Translations under genes and position numbers: made by a program | Assembly: GCF_006345805.1 (NCBI RefSeq) | Contig: NC_042997.1 | Location: 134,044,001 to 134,108,000 of the forward strand | Direction of reading: 5' to 3' | From: Octopus sinensis | Taxonomy: Eukaryota | Length of the DNA: 64,000 bases | Shown: one piece after another, positions 12,080 to 26,261 of the stretch | Layout of the letters: the number at the start of each line of letters is the position of its first letter | Position numbering within the stretch: the stretch's first letter is position 1 | Notes under the pieces: generated by a model | Told to the model about the DNA's origin: nothing | The model's database searches: none | What the model saw: the letters and a program-made list of their open reading frames with translations, nothing else

Positions 12080-12700
12080 TTTAAGAGTGGGTTGTATAAA
12101 TGTTCGTGACCTGGTATCGTCTTAGAAGCGATATCACATAATTGGTTATGGATGTGATAGCCATCAGCAAAACCAGCATTTCCAAAACATATGATCTCCC
12201 TATTTTCGACGATTTTCAGATCTACGCATACTTTAGTCGGCCTAGAATGGGAAGCGAGGTGGCAGTGTTGTTTAGAAAAGGCCTAGATCTCGAGGTACGG
12301 GCGATCTTCCTGGATCTAGACAGTAAGTTGGTAGTCTTGGATGTCAGGAATACGAAGCTAGTACTTTTAAACTAGTCGTTTTGTACGATCTGTCTAGGGC
12401 AGAGCAGCCACATTTCGCCAGACATTCGGGGCATCTCGCTCTTTAGTGCTAGTGGGCGACTGGAACGCCATCTTCGATGCACACCTGGATAGATGGGAGA
12501 TGGGTGTGTAAAAACCTCAAAGATCTGTTCAGCTGCTTCCGACAGGAAGTTAGAATAATTTGTATGCCTAGAGATAGAAGTAGCATAAGTCATCCAAAGT
12601 TCAAAGTCATCAAATGTGTGTTCTGTACGGTCGACCTAGATAAGATATATAGGCTAGGTCCCGGTTACTAGAAGCTGAAGGCGTCTTTCCTGGCGTAACA
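12080..12700 (+). pseudogene. L1/Tx1-like LINE apurinic endonuclease remnant
   Basis: VGCINVR, DVIAISKT, VAVLFRKGL, VLVGDWNAI and GPGY*KLKASFL motifs across frameshifts. Confidence 0.7.
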
Positions 12701-13439
12701 AGCTTTCAGAAACCCTGTTGTAGTAGGGAGCATGGAATCACTCCTTAATTATCATTACTCTCAAGCCCGTTCTGACCCAGAAAGGTAGTACTTCTCAGGG
12801 TCCCATCTATAAGTAAATTAGATTTTTGTAGGGGTAGATTGAACTCCTTACCTGCGATGAAAGCTATCTCTCTAGGAGAATGAAAACTGAAAAATTAATA
12901 CCTGCTTTCAGCATGCCCGGGATCAGCACGGAAGAATATGGCTGAGGAAATTAAAATGTATAACGCCCAATAAAATAGAGTCATACAATGGAGGCAACTA
13001 TCTTATTTCAGAACTCATTCTACCGCTTGCGGAGATTGCGGGCAATAATGATGATGATATGAGAACTATAATGGATTCAAATTACACTGTCTCTAAGTAG
13101 GCCACATTCACGATAGTATTTTTCTCCAGTTCACTCTGTTGACGACTCCATCATCGCCGCCACACTCACCAAACAACAGTACAATAACTTCATCTCTTAT
13201 ACACTAGTTTCACTTTTTCCATTATCAATTTACTTCTACTGTATCTGACATCGTCAATTTCCTAGATATGGGTGCAGACATGACTGTGGTAAAAAGTTTG
13301 TATCCTAACACATGGTTCCGGGTTCAGTCCAACAACATCTCACCTTAGGCAAGTGCTTTTATTGTAGCCCCAGGTCGACCAAAGACTTGTGAGTGAATTT
13401 GGTTGACAGCAATTGAAAGAAGCCCGTCGTATATATATT

Positions 13440-14395
13440 TGGACATATGTTTACAAGAGAAACTCTTTCATTTCTCGAATTTAAGATAGACAGACTTTTC
13501 AAGGCATAAAAAGCACGTTCTATTTCTAATCCTATGGGGGAGGGGGCGCAGAAGAAACAATATTCCAAGAAACTGAGAAATTTATGTTGTCTCTTTTATG
13601 TTACCATACCTTTTTGTATAAACTAGTACTCCTTTCTTTCCGAAGATCGTTAAAAGATGATTTATGATTATTCAAACGTAATTTAAGAGGGGTCTGCGTG
13701 CAACCAATATAATGAAACCTAGAGAGATCATATGTAGTGATAGTAGCTTTATATACAACATTTTTCATTTTACAATTACCTTTAATCTCACAGGTGTTAG
13801 GGTTTATACAGTTACAATTGTTACTAATATTAGGCGTATTATTGATATGTATATGTGTGTTGATAGAGGAGGAGTTTGTGTGAATATGGCATCGTTGGTA
13901 GAAGATACAGAGCTATTTGAATAATTGGCGTTAGTATAAGTATTAGAGGGGGTTAAAATTCGTGTAGTAAAGATTTAGTTTTCAATTGTTACAGGAAGAA
14001 ATAATCCTAAATAAGTTAGGAGAAACAGAAAAGCCACACTTAATCATTAAGTTATTGAATATCCCAGCATATCTAGATTTTACTAAAATTTGATTTAATA
14101 GTAGAACGAATAGACTTTATAAAATTAGACTTCAAATGTTTAGCAAAAGGAAATATAATCCAAATTATGTTATTGTTGTGTTTCTTATGGTGGTTTTTAT
14201 TAGATGGGTCACCCGTTCGGAAGAAAGGTATAGGTTTCTTTTTACCTCTCGTAATAACACCATCACTAACAATGCTATTCTTCTTCTTATTGTTATTATT
14301 AATATTATTAATATTGTTATTATTATTCTTATTTTATCACCCTTCTTCTTCTTCTTCTTCTTCTTCTTCTTCTTCTTCTTCTTCTTCTTCTTCTT

Positions 14396-14458
<63 letters not shown>

Positions 14459-14530
14459 TAGTTTTATTTTTATAGCGTGCTTTCACTTCACTACCGAGCG
14501 CAGCTCTGTGTACCTCGGGTATGTGCTGTG

Positions 14531-14587
<57 letters not shown>

Positions 14588-15165
14588 GTTGTTGTTGTTG
14601 CTGTTGTTAAGAAAATATTGGACATCATTAGAGTTGGTTATGTGGTTGTGTGGGTGGTTTAGAGTATGTAAAGAAATGAAATTTTTTTGTGAAAAGACAT
14701 TCTTTCGTGTTATTATTTCCGGCTATGTTAATGTTTTTCTCGTAATGACTGCCTGTGACATAACAATTGTTTGTCTTATTAGAAATATAGGTATTGGTAG
14801 AAATCTGGTTAGTAAACGTCTTGTTATTTGCTCCATAGTTATTAAAATTTTTTTTCTTTTTTATGGTGGACTTATCTTTACAAATGTTGTGCGCCAAGGC
14901 GTTCTAATTCATGATGGTGTTCAGAAATTGTGGTGTGTTTATTGGAATTCATATCCATATAGCTGTTGTTATGATTGGAAAAATCATTGTTAAATTTTTT
15001 GTACTTAATTTGATATTTATAAGCAGCATTTCTAAGAGCCAAATTGTAATAGTCTTCATGCTTATTAAAAATTTCTTCATTCGAGATAATGAGTTAATTC
15101 TGTAATCTTTATTAGAAATCATTCTTTCTCTCTTTTTCGACCTCCCAAAAAGTTTGAAATGTTAT
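13440..15165 (-). mobile_element. Penelope-like element remnant (RT thumb region plus GIY-YIG endonuclease), interrupted by microsatellites
   Basis: CNCINPNTCEIKGNCKMKNVVYKATITTYDLSRFHYIGCTQTPLKLRLNNHKSSF...SWNIV...CFLCLEK (13480-13820) and NNIIWIIFPF (~14150-14180). Confidence 0.85.
14453..14531 (-). mobile_element. Short 5'-truncated copy of the Dong-like 3' UTR
   Basis: Reverse complement of ~4008-4085, embedded in (TAT)n. Confidence 0.8.
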
Positions 15166-15214
15166 TTTTTGAACTTACTTTTTCCGTATATATATATATA
15201 ATATATATATATAT

Positions 15215-15311
<97 letters not shown>

Positions 15312-15622
15312 TAATTCCAAGAAAGTTAGAGGTTGTGAATCCAACCAACTGAGGGATAATAACTATCCAATATACTGCTGGTAGAATACCCAATTATTAA
15401 TACATAAAAGTGTCTTTTATTGCATTGCAATTACATTACCGAGTGTACTAAATGGGTGAAGGTAAAGAGATATTTTACCATTAATTTATAGAGCAATAAG
15501 GAAATGGAGGGGACCAATAGGTGGTTCATAAACTTTTAGACATTATATCAACTTACCTATTAATTTACTAAACTGACAATTAGAAGAATATACATACATG
15601 TATAAAACCTTATGTACTTTAT

Positions 15623-15754
15623 AAAATCTCTGACGAAGTCTAGAGAAACACCCAAGTACCTCAAATTCATCTACTTATTACTTCAGTTTACTGGAGTAAT
15701 AAAGGTAGAATGAGGTATATTTGCCTCTTGGCTGAAACAGCAGTAAGTTATTTT
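15623..15754 (+). ncRNA. Type I hammerhead ribozyme motif with very long stem II
   Basis: aaaatct-CTGACGA-agtctagag...ctcttggct-GAAA-cagcag-TA-agttatttt; lies between diverged inverted arms 15490-15626 and 15822-15960. Confidence 0.7.
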
Positions 15755-15988
15755 CCCAATTTCTATTCCTGTATGTTATATTGTAATAATTACTGGTATC
15801 TTTATATATTAACATATTTTATATTTTATATGTAAAGCATATGTTATACATGTATATTCTTGTAATTGTCATTTTAGTAAATAAATAAATAAGTTGACTT
15901 AATATAATGTCTAAAAGTAGATGAACCACCTATTGACCCCCTCCATTTTCTTATTGCTCTCTCTCTCTATATATATGTATGTAAGTAT

Positions 15989-16072
<84 letters not shown>

Positions 16073-16172
16073 AAAATGTATAAATTTGTATTTTCTCCGT
16101 TGTTTTTTGTGCTAAGCCACTCGGTGTTAAATTAATGGTATTATTAAATTAATATCAATTTTTCACCCTCAT

Positions 16173-16212
<40 letters not shown>

Positions 16213-16808
16213 GTGAGAGCTCTATGTCTGTATGTTTGTGTATCTATGTGTGTATGTTTGTGTCTGTCCCACACTACCACTTGACAACCGGTGTTCGTTT
16301 GCTTACGTCTTCATCACTCAGTGGTTAGGCAAAAAAGACCAATATAATAAATACCAGGCTGAAAGAATAAGCACTGGGGTCGATTCGATCAACTAAAACA
16401 CCTCTAAGTTGTGCCCCAGCATGGTCATTGCACAATGATTGAAAGAAGTAAAGGACAAAAGAAAAACGATATGTTACGAGTTACAATATCCAACTATCCT
16501 TCAGCCACAAACACGCATACTCTATCTCTAGACAGGCACCCCATCGGTTACGACGACAAGGGTTCCACTTGATCCGATCAACGGAACAGCCTGCTCGTGA
16601 AATTAACGTTCAAGTGGTTGAACAGACATGGGAACCCCTAACATAGTTCTCAGAGAGATTTAGCCGGACATCACGTGACAAGGCTGGTCATTCGAAATAC
16701 TGGTATTACTCATTTATGCCAGCTGAGTAAACTGAAGCAAAGTGAAATAAAGTGTTTTGCTCAAGGACACAACGCGTCACCGGGAATCGAACTTACAACC
16801 TTACGATC

Positions 16809-17770
16809 TCTGAAAACCACTTCTGATTCCGGAAGTATGCAAAGAGCCGAATCCTGCTACCACATATAAGTCCTTCCAGCAGCGACCTTCACCAGCCAGA
16901 GATTGGTCAGTGTTTCCAGCAGCTTCACTTAGCCGCCTGAAGTGGAGGCACATGGCCTAGTGGTTAGAGCAGCGGACTTGCGGTCGAGGGATCGCGGGTT
17001 CGAATCTCAGACCGGGCGATGTGTGTTTATGAGCGAAACACCTAAGCTCCACGCGGCTCCGGCAGAAGGTAATGGCAAACTTCTGCTGACTCTTTCACCA
17101 CAACTTCCTCTCACTCTTTCCTCCTGCATCTTGCTGCTCACCTGCGACGGACCGGCGTCCCGTCCAGGTGGGGAAACTATACGCCAAGGAAACCGGGAAA
17201 CCGGCCCTTATGAGCCAGGCGTGGCTTGACAAGAAACAACTTAGCCGTCTGAATTAAGCCTAAGAACCTCTTCAAAGATTTGGGGTGACAAAGCCTCTGT
17301 AGACATACTCAGAGACCATTACAGTTTAGAGGAATTGATTTTCATGTTACGTCAGACATAAGATGGATTGTAGGCAAGCTACCTCTTGTTCTGGGTGTTG
17401 TGCAACTAGTCCCTGACTGAAGTTCTTTTGGCGTCGGCTCACCAAGATACCTCAGCTTGTTCGCTAGCTTTTTCATCTTCGTCTAGCGATTTACCTTGAC
17501 CTTGACTGTCATGGTGGTGACTTCAACAAACATTTCTCTGGCTAAACCCGTACTCCCTTACTCGGACTTTCCGTCACTTTGTCCTGCAGTTGTTGGATGA
17601 ATTCTGGCTTGCAGACGCGGTCAGATCGCCTTCTATAGCCTTTCCTGCTGGCCACGGTTTCGTAGTCTCTGTTGTAGCAGTCCATCTCTCATCTTACAGC
17701 CTTCCTATTATTCATACAGCACTGAGCAGCAATCATGGTGTCGGCATTTTGATATCCAGTGAAAACCATC
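16809..17770 (-). pseudogene. Degenerate maT/mariner-like transposase, interrupted by a SINE C
   Basis: KNFSQ..LHNTQNKR*LA, IFEEVLRLNS, VKLLET, VAAGRTYMW*QDSALC. The SINE at 16942-17239 has TSD cttagccg(c/t)ctgaa. Confidence 0.6.
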
Positions 17771-18064
17771 ATCACAATGATTGAAATAAGTAAAGGACAA
17801 AAGAAAAACGATATGTTACGAGTTACAATATCCAACTATCCTTCAGCCACAAACACAGCCACAAACACAGCCTTTTCAATATTCAGATGATTTCCATTCC
17901 TCCATGTCAACTAACTTTCTCTCAACTACAACTTTAATATTTACGCTCTCCAGTACCGTAGACTGTTTACTAGTTCACTAGTACATCGAGCTGTTTCTGA
18001 AAAGAAATATAAAAAAATCGCCAAATTTGCGCCGAATATCCGAATGCTGGTAGTTAAGCGATTA

Positions 18065-18925
18065 GAAGATAGCAAATCTATTGCTTACGTTGTCTTACGC
18101 GTCCTGTCTTTCTTGGGAACCATAGCCGACACCCACCTTTTAACCTTAGGATGTGTTGTGTAAGCATTATTGAAATGCTTTACTTTGCACATTGTCTCAT
18201 TGTCTATATGCACATTTATGCAATTTCTGGTCTTGATTTCTGAGAAACGTGAGAAGTGATAAGATTAGTTCGTGGGTGTAGTTGTTTCTTGGTACGTAGC
18301 CCGTATTCATACATACGTACTTACATAAAGGTAGTCTGGTTCTATTCAAATTTTGAATATTTCTCGTTAATTTTGCTTTTCCGTACATGAACACAGATGT
18401 AGCTTCTGAGTCTCGAGAGCTGTTTGAAATTTTCATTACAAACACTGTAAATATGTCTCACCTCAAGTGGCACAGTCTGGTATATTTTGTCTGATGTGCT
18501 AACGTTTAAATGTCTTTTTAGACCAGCGAGGGACTTACATGTCTTACGGCACACTAGCGCGTCGGCTGGAATGATTTTTGTGTTAGATGGGCCAACTGCA
18601 TGAAGATGAGTTCTAAGATGTGAAGTTAGGTCTGCCTTAGAAACGTCTTACCACATGTTGACGAAGAAAGGGCCTACTCCCGTGTTTAACAAAGTACTAT
18701 TTTTCGGTAGTTCTTTTTTTCATTTTTGAATACTTTTTTTTCCCCAAAAAAATCTTTTAGCCCAGTTAAGACATGTTTCCGTCAATTCTCATAGCAAAGT
18801 GCGATAAATCTGTGTATGGTATATTCAATGCTTGAAGGTGTGTTCCTAGCAATATTTATACCGTTTTTGTTTCAGTTATTCCACATCCATTTTGGATGGC
18901 CAGCCCACCTTACCTGATAGGAAAT
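18065..18925 (-). mobile_element. RTE-like LINE 3' end with degenerate C2H2 zinc fingers
   Basis: TCGKTF..SKADLTSHLRTH, VCRKTCKSLAGLKRHL, SVCNENFKQLSRLRSYICVH; frameshifted. Confidence 0.55.
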
Positions 18926-19663
18926 CAACAAAGTAGGAGTGGCTGTGTGGTAGTAAGTAGCTTGCTTACAAACCACATGGTTCCGGGTTCAGTTCCACTG
19001 CGTGGCACTTTGGGCAAGTGTCTTCTACTGTAGCCTCGGACCAACCAAAGCCTTGTGAGTGGATTTGGTAGACAGAAACTGAAAGAAGCCCGTCGTATAT
19101 ATGTATATATATGTGTGTATGTGTGTGTGTATATGTTTGTGTGTCTGTGTTTGTCTCTCCCAACATCGCTTGACAATCGATGCTGGTGTGTTTACGTCCC
19201 CGTAACTTAGCGGTTTGACAAAAAGAGACCGATAGAATAAGTACTAGGTTAACAAAGAATAAATCCTGGGGACAATTTGCTCGACTAAAGGCGGTGCTCC
19301 AGCATGGCCACAGTCACATGACTGAAACAAGTAAAAGAATAAAAGAGTAGACTGTACTTATTGTTTGAAGAAAGGGAATATCGTCAAACAATCAAACTGT
19401 TTGTCAAGAGACTTCCTCATTCTTTTTTCTGTCACAAGTCGCACAGAAACAATGTTGTGTGAAGCCTTGTAATATCTAAATAATAATATTCAAATATATT
19501 TCAGTTCTCCACATACATAATGACACCTACAAACATAAGGGCATAACCTATTCGCTTAAATATACGTACGGTATGTTGATTAGCTTGTATGTTATGTTAT
19601 TTAATACATCGTATTTGCTTTTCTCGTTCAAATATATGCTAAAGTCCACTGCTTTCATTTCAT

Positions 19664-19698
<35 letters not shown>

Positions 19699-20100
19699 GG
19701 AGTGGCTGTGTGGTAAGTAGCTTGCTTACCAACCACATGGTTCTTGGTTCAGTCTCACTGCGTGGCACCTTGGGCAAGTGTCTTCTACTATAGCCTCGGG
19801 CCGACCAAACCCTTGTCAGTGGATTTGGTAGATGGAAACTGAAAGAATCCCGTCGCATGTATGTATATATATGTATGTGTGTGTATATGTTTGTGTGTCT
19901 TTGTACCCCAAACATCACTTGACAACCGATGCTGGTGTCTTTACGTCCCCATAACTTAGCGGTTCGGCAAAAGAAACCGATAGGCTTACAAAGAATATGT
20001 CCTGAGGGCGATTTGCTCGACTAAAAGCGGTGCTCCAGAATGGCCGCAGTCAAATGACTGAAACAAGTAAAAGAGTAAAAAGAGTAAAAGATATATGCAT

Positions 20101-20153
<53 letters not shown>

Positions 20154-20279
20154 CATGTATATACGTTTGTATGTCTATTGTTTACGTCATAAAAATGTAG
20201 AAACTTCGAGTGACATGAAGTAAATCGATACGAGACAATGCTAGAATAATACAATAATAGTGTGGTTTCAATTACAGAT

Positions 20280-22750
20280 CTTTGAGGAACTCCACTGTGG
20301 ACTGACGTCTCCCCAGAGAGAGCCTTATTGGTTGCGACTGTCTGACTTCTGTCTTTTAAAATGTCATGCTACCACTCTTTGAGTTTTCCAGTGATACCAA
20401 GTTCACGTAGTTTGTGACATATTATCCTATGATAAACTTTGGCTAAGTCGAGATATATCACATTCCCATTTGAGTGGTTGAGCTACTGTTTCAGTAGCCA
20501 ATTATAATGTTGTGGTAGCTATGTGAGGTAGCTCTTCTCTGGGCAGATCATGTTGTGTATTTGTGAGCAAGTTATTCTCTTGTAGAAATGTGATCCTTCT
20601 CCTTCTGATAATATGTTCCATGACCTTGCTAACATGTAAAGCCAGAGAGACAGGCCTGTAATTTTTAGCATATGCTTTACCCCTTCCATTAGAGATAGGA
20701 TATATGATACCCTCTTTTAACAGTTAGGTAAGTTTTCCACATGCAAGGAAACTCTGAAACAGTATCTGCACTGGTTTTGCCAGAACTTCCTTGCATGTTT
20801 TTCGGAGAACAGCCGGAAATCCATCCGGGCCGTTGCTGGGTTTAAGCTCACCTCATTAATGGCCGATATTACAGAATCCTCTTTTATGTCGACAAAATCG
20901 ATAGCTGCCTTTCCCCATGCAGGTCTATGGTGTTGAAGAACACTTTAGGCTCGCTTATTTGCATTTTTCCCAGCGGAGAGGTGGAGACACTCTGGAATTG
21001 TTTATTAAGCACTTCACTTATCCTCTTGAAGTCCGCAGTTAGCAAGCAGTCTTCTTTAAACTGTCTCTCTATAGTGTAGTGCACCGAGACAAAGCGCTTT
21101 CGTGAACTTGTAGAAAGGTTTGGGATTTATTTTATATTTTCCACTACCCAGGTTTCTCTTTGTACCCTTTCCTTTTCATGGTAGAATTTGAATTCCTTTT
21201 CGATCTCTAGAAGCGCCTCTTTGAGGTGGGATTTTTCGCTTTTAAGTTGTCTATTAAAGTGACTGGTGATCTGTATTCTCCGTCTCATAAGGACTCTTCT
21301 ATCTCGGGGAATGATGTTTTTGTAGTTGCTCTCTTCTCTGTGACAAAGTTAATTCACATGGCTCGCATTATTGACATGAATTCTTCAAATTTCACATCAA
21401 TGTCTTACACAGAGACTTTTAAGTAAATTCTGCTGGATAATCCATTTTTCAATAGACTGCCGATAAATCTTGTAATTCAGACTGAAGAGAGTTTGGCTGT
21501 CGTCTGTATTGAATACATCATTAATTGGTTTTGGACCATACATCGTTAATTATATCATGTTTAGGTCTGTAAAGATTGTCGGTGTTATCTTTACGTTGCG
21601 AATAAGATCTACATTGTTGAAACAGAGTTTTAATATGTTATTATTCATAGTTGGGGAGAGTATTTTTGTGAGATCAAGTGGAGGTTCTGCTTGATTGCGC
21701 TCTTTGCATGTCATTCCTGAGATTATATGGCCTTTAGGCCAGTTGATGTTGAGTAGGTTGAAGTCACCAATCAGAAGTACATTAACGCTTTGTTATTATT
21801 TCATTAGCACTTTTATCATTGTAAAGTTTACCATCAAATTTACCATCATGATTTGAGGTATTAGGTGGGCGATATAATGTGAATACTACCACATCAAGTT
21901 GCTTTAAATGAACTATGTATCACAGACCGAGTTTGAGTGTGACAACAATAGTGTGACATCTTCATGCAATTCCACCGTGACTTCGTTCCCTTCTGTCCGC
22001 ACGGAACACAGTATACATTGGTTTGTGTATCTCAATATCATTTGTATTTGCAGACTGATAGGTCTCCCTAAGCGCAATGCGCAATACATATCGCATGATT
22101 GCATGCAGAAAAGTGCCTTAGATAAGCAATTTTGCACTAGCTGTTGTTTTGTAGGCGGCCACTATTATTTATTAGAAGAATTGGTGTGATTGCCAGCTTT
22201 GCGGCAATGATGGTCTTCCTGTTTCTGTTATTTTTGGTGATCTTTTATGTGGGTGTGCATGACTTTTGTACCACCCTTAAAAAAACTTTGTTGTTCTATG
22301 GTTGTAGCTCGCACTGTATGTGCGTACAACTTTTTGGTCTTTATTGCAGGCCTGTAATGTGAAAAGAGTTCCGCCAGGCATGGTTTTGTCCTATCTTGTT
22401 GGCGGTGCGTTTTGCCATGTGTGCCATCTGCCTGAGATTTAGATGCGTAAAACAGCAGTTCGTCCCCATCTCTCACTGCTAAAAGATACCTTTGAGGTGA
22501 AATTTACAAGTGCTCCGTGTTTCACGTATCATCTTCTTTCGATTTCTACTTCTCTTTTTGTTTCCTTTTTTTACGTCTGGCCTCCTTTCCAACAGGCTTC
22601 ACAGTTCCTTTACCTTTCCTATTGTTTTGGGCGATGGTATTAGGCTGCTGTTTTAGAGGTTTTTTTTTCGATTTCTCCATCTCCATGAACTTTTATACCT
22701 TAGTTCATGGTAACCTTTTTAGTGCCTTCCTTATTGGGTCTTCCACATGA
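20280..22750 (-). mobile_element. CR1/L2-group LINE remnant (ORF1 part, APE, RT up to SGVPQ)
   Basis: YRPPN, VLLIGDFNLLNINW, GPDGFPAV, NYRPVSL..HVSKVMEHII, VIYLDLAK, SGVPQ; many stops and frameshifts. Confidence 0.85.
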
Positions 22751-23606
22751 GGGTTCTTTACATCAGGTATTGTACCTGAAGACTCATATTTCTAAAAATG
22801 GCATTCAGCTTCTCCAAATGAGGTCTGACCAGTGCATAAGAGCGAATGAATTAACTTTTCTTCTGCTCTATTTGCGCCACGAACCTACTGAATCCTACAC
22901 TTTTCAGAGCCGCAGTGATAACATTATTGGGAAGATCATTCACAGCTATCTCCCAGGTTCTGAAGAAAAGTTCTATTCCTAGACGTTCCAGTTTCTCGAC
23001 GACATATAAAAGTAATAATTTAAATGAGGAATGGTGAAGTCAAATTGACACTACAATTGTTTCCGTAAACGGAAAATATTTTAATTTCACATCTCATACA
23101 ATGTTATGTAATACATGCCATAATCTATGGATATATGTAATAATTTATGGCCCAATCTCTTCCTCAGATGTCATGATTTGAAGGCACCATATACCTTTTA
23201 TTAAAATATTTTGTTTTAAGCCTACAGGAGACATCAAGAAAAAGTCATGCGATTGGTCCATTGTGACATCCTAAATGAACTCATCACAAAACCTTCATTT
23301 GGTCGAGGATGCGTTCAGATCATGAAATCCGAGGATGGCATGTATCATGTAACAGTGTACGACATGTAGAATAAAGATATGAACTGTTGTAACATCAATT
23401 TGAATTCTTTCCGCATTTGAAATATTATTTTTATTATCACTCTGCGGGGCTTATTTTAGGCCTTTTGGATCTACTTTGGAATTATGCAGTGATCCCATTT
23501 ATATTAATCGAAGTCTTACGGATCTCAGATTAATTTCGGAATACTATACTAGCCAAGATCCAGCGTGATATACAAATGAAGTGATAGCCAAAATTGTAAT
23601 ATGCCC

Positions 23607-23690
<84 letters not shown>

Positions 23691-23705
23691 ACAATCAATC
23701 AATCA

Positions 23706-23789
<84 letters not shown>

Positions 23790-24086
23790 CTATCTATCTA
23801 TCTATCTACCTACCTACCTACCTACCTACAAACATACATACATGCACACATACATACTCACATACATGCATACATACATACATACATACATACATACATA
23901 CATACATACATACATACATACATACATGCATACATACATACATACATACATGTATACATACATACATAAACCGTTAACTCAAGAAATATAAGATGTAAAT
24001 ATATATTTAACCAATTGAATTGAATAACGTTACAGCCGTTTCGCATGCTTTTTCATGGTTCGGAGTTATCTTATATACTCATTAGG

Positions 24087-24399
24087 TTATTTTTGTATTA
24101 TCTGAAATAGAATACCCGCATATCAGTTGAGTATATATATATATCGTCCGTCTCAGTTCAAATTCCGCCAAGGTCGAGTTTGCTTTCATTCTTTAGTGGT
24201 CGAAGTTGAGTTCAATTTCCACCGAGGCGGAAAAATTGACTAGTCAAACAAATAGACCTTACGACTTATTCTTTGTAAGCCTAGTACGTATTCTATCGGG
24301 TCGCTTTTGTCGAACTGCTAAGTTACGAGGACGTAAGCACACCAGCATCGGTTGTAAAGTGATGGCAGGTTGACAAACACAGACAAGTACATACATACA

Positions 24400-24460
<61 letters not shown>

Positions 24461-24800
24461 GACTGGCTTCTTTCAATTTCCGTCTACCAAATCCACTCAC
24501 AACGCTATAGTAGAAGACACTTGTCCCAGGTGCCACGTCATGGGACTGAGCTGTTTTTTTTATTCCAAATGTTGTATTTTTCCTTTATCACGTGTTTTGT
24601 TCTAAGCGAATACCCGCGACAAACGACGTAATTGTATTTAAATACACCTGACTGATCTATCAATAGCATGTTTTCTATGTCAATGCGCACTAAGAATATA
24701 GAAATAAGTTCTACTTCATTGCACTCCAATAACTGAAGAGAGTTTTTAAAAAATATTATTTTTGTACTTTCTCTCTCTGTCACTTTCTCTCATACCCCTT
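24087..24800. repeat. Old local segmental duplication, copy A (copy B = 27606-30780 with insertions)
   Basis: Colinear shared blocks: 24087 vs 27606, 24146 vs 29118, 24555-24795 vs 30505-30765; 23960-24080 also recurs at 24910-25030. Confidence 0.8.
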
Positions 24801-25696
24801 CCTTCCTCTCTCTCTTTCTGTCTTTTCTTACATACATGCATACATACATAAATAAATACATACATACATACATACATACATACATACATACATACATACA
24901 TACATACATTATTAACTCAAGAAATATAAGAGGTAGATACATATTTATTTAACTACTGGAATCAAATAGGGTTACAGCCGTTTCGCAACCTTTTTCATGG
25001 TTCTGAGTTATCTAATATTTTTATCTTCAACTTGTTTCAGTCCTTAGACTGTGGCCATGCTGGGGCGTCGACTTGAAAATTTTAGTCGAACGAATCGACC
25101 CCCGCACTTTTTAAGGTTGGTAAAGCTTGGTAACTTTTCTGGCCGATCAGCTATGTTACAGGAATGTAAGCATACCAACATCGGTTGTCAAGTAGTGATG
25201 GGTGCAAACACAGACATAAAGTCAAAGAGGCACACACGCTAACGCACACACACACACACACAGACACACACACACACACACACACACACACGTATACGTT
25301 TCAGTACTATATACACCACAGTCATCATCCAGGCAATATGTAGACCTTTCTAAAGGTGGCGGCCTGGGAGAGTCGTCACCGTAGTGGACTGACAGAGGCG
25401 TTACTGCGTCAGGCAAAATGTTTAGCGGTCGTCACGTTTCGCCCGTCGTCACGTTCTGAGTTCAATTTCCACCGAGGTCGACTTTACCTTTCATCCCTTT
25501 TCGCGATCGATAAAGTAAGTATCAGTTGAACATTGGGATCGATCAAAAAGACTGATCCTCTCTTACGAAATTACTGGTTTTGTGCCAAAATTTGATACCA
25601 ATACGTTGATTGTTTTAGCTTTTAAAGTAAATGGAAATATAAAGAGCAAAAATATTCATGCAAGATATATAGATATATAGATAGATAGATACAGAA

Positions 25697-25729
<33 letters not shown>

Positions 25730-26261
25730 ATGGGGTGGGGAGAGAAAAAGGGTGTGTGTAGCGAGAGTTCTCTCCAAAGCGAACTTCAATAACAATATCC
25801 TTTTTACAACTCAAACGTATTTGAAACTGATATTAAAAGAGGTTTCATTCACAACACTGCATTCGGCTAACAGACAGACAGACAGACATACACACACACA
25901 CACGCGCGCGCGCAAACATAGGGGCATTCTTTTCTAATCTCGATTCCACCTATACAGTGTTATACATTCCAGTCATAGATTTGTTATTGCTTTCTATTTA
26001 TACTTAGCCTCCATTTTTTTTACACGCTCAGCCAACCTTCCTTCTCCTTCTTTGTTTAGTTCTATTTAATTCTATTTTTGGTGTCCCGCTTTTCATATTT
26101 AAAAGACCAAATGAGTACTAACTGGCGTTGAGCAATGGGTTGTGAATGAAATTATAGAGACGGGTAAGCTGTACGAAAGCTTCCTGTATACATACGCGCA
26201 CATTCACACACACACATACACTCAGGTATACACGCACACGTAACTAGACGCACCCATATAT

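Noticed and set aside
22907-23370. Two apparently in-phase plus-strand exons (AAVITLL... / YRRHQEKVMRL...YDM*)
   Set aside because: The first overlaps LINE-like motifs on the minus strand (LPNNVITA, nearby LVRPHLE), the donor is weak and no protein was recognised.
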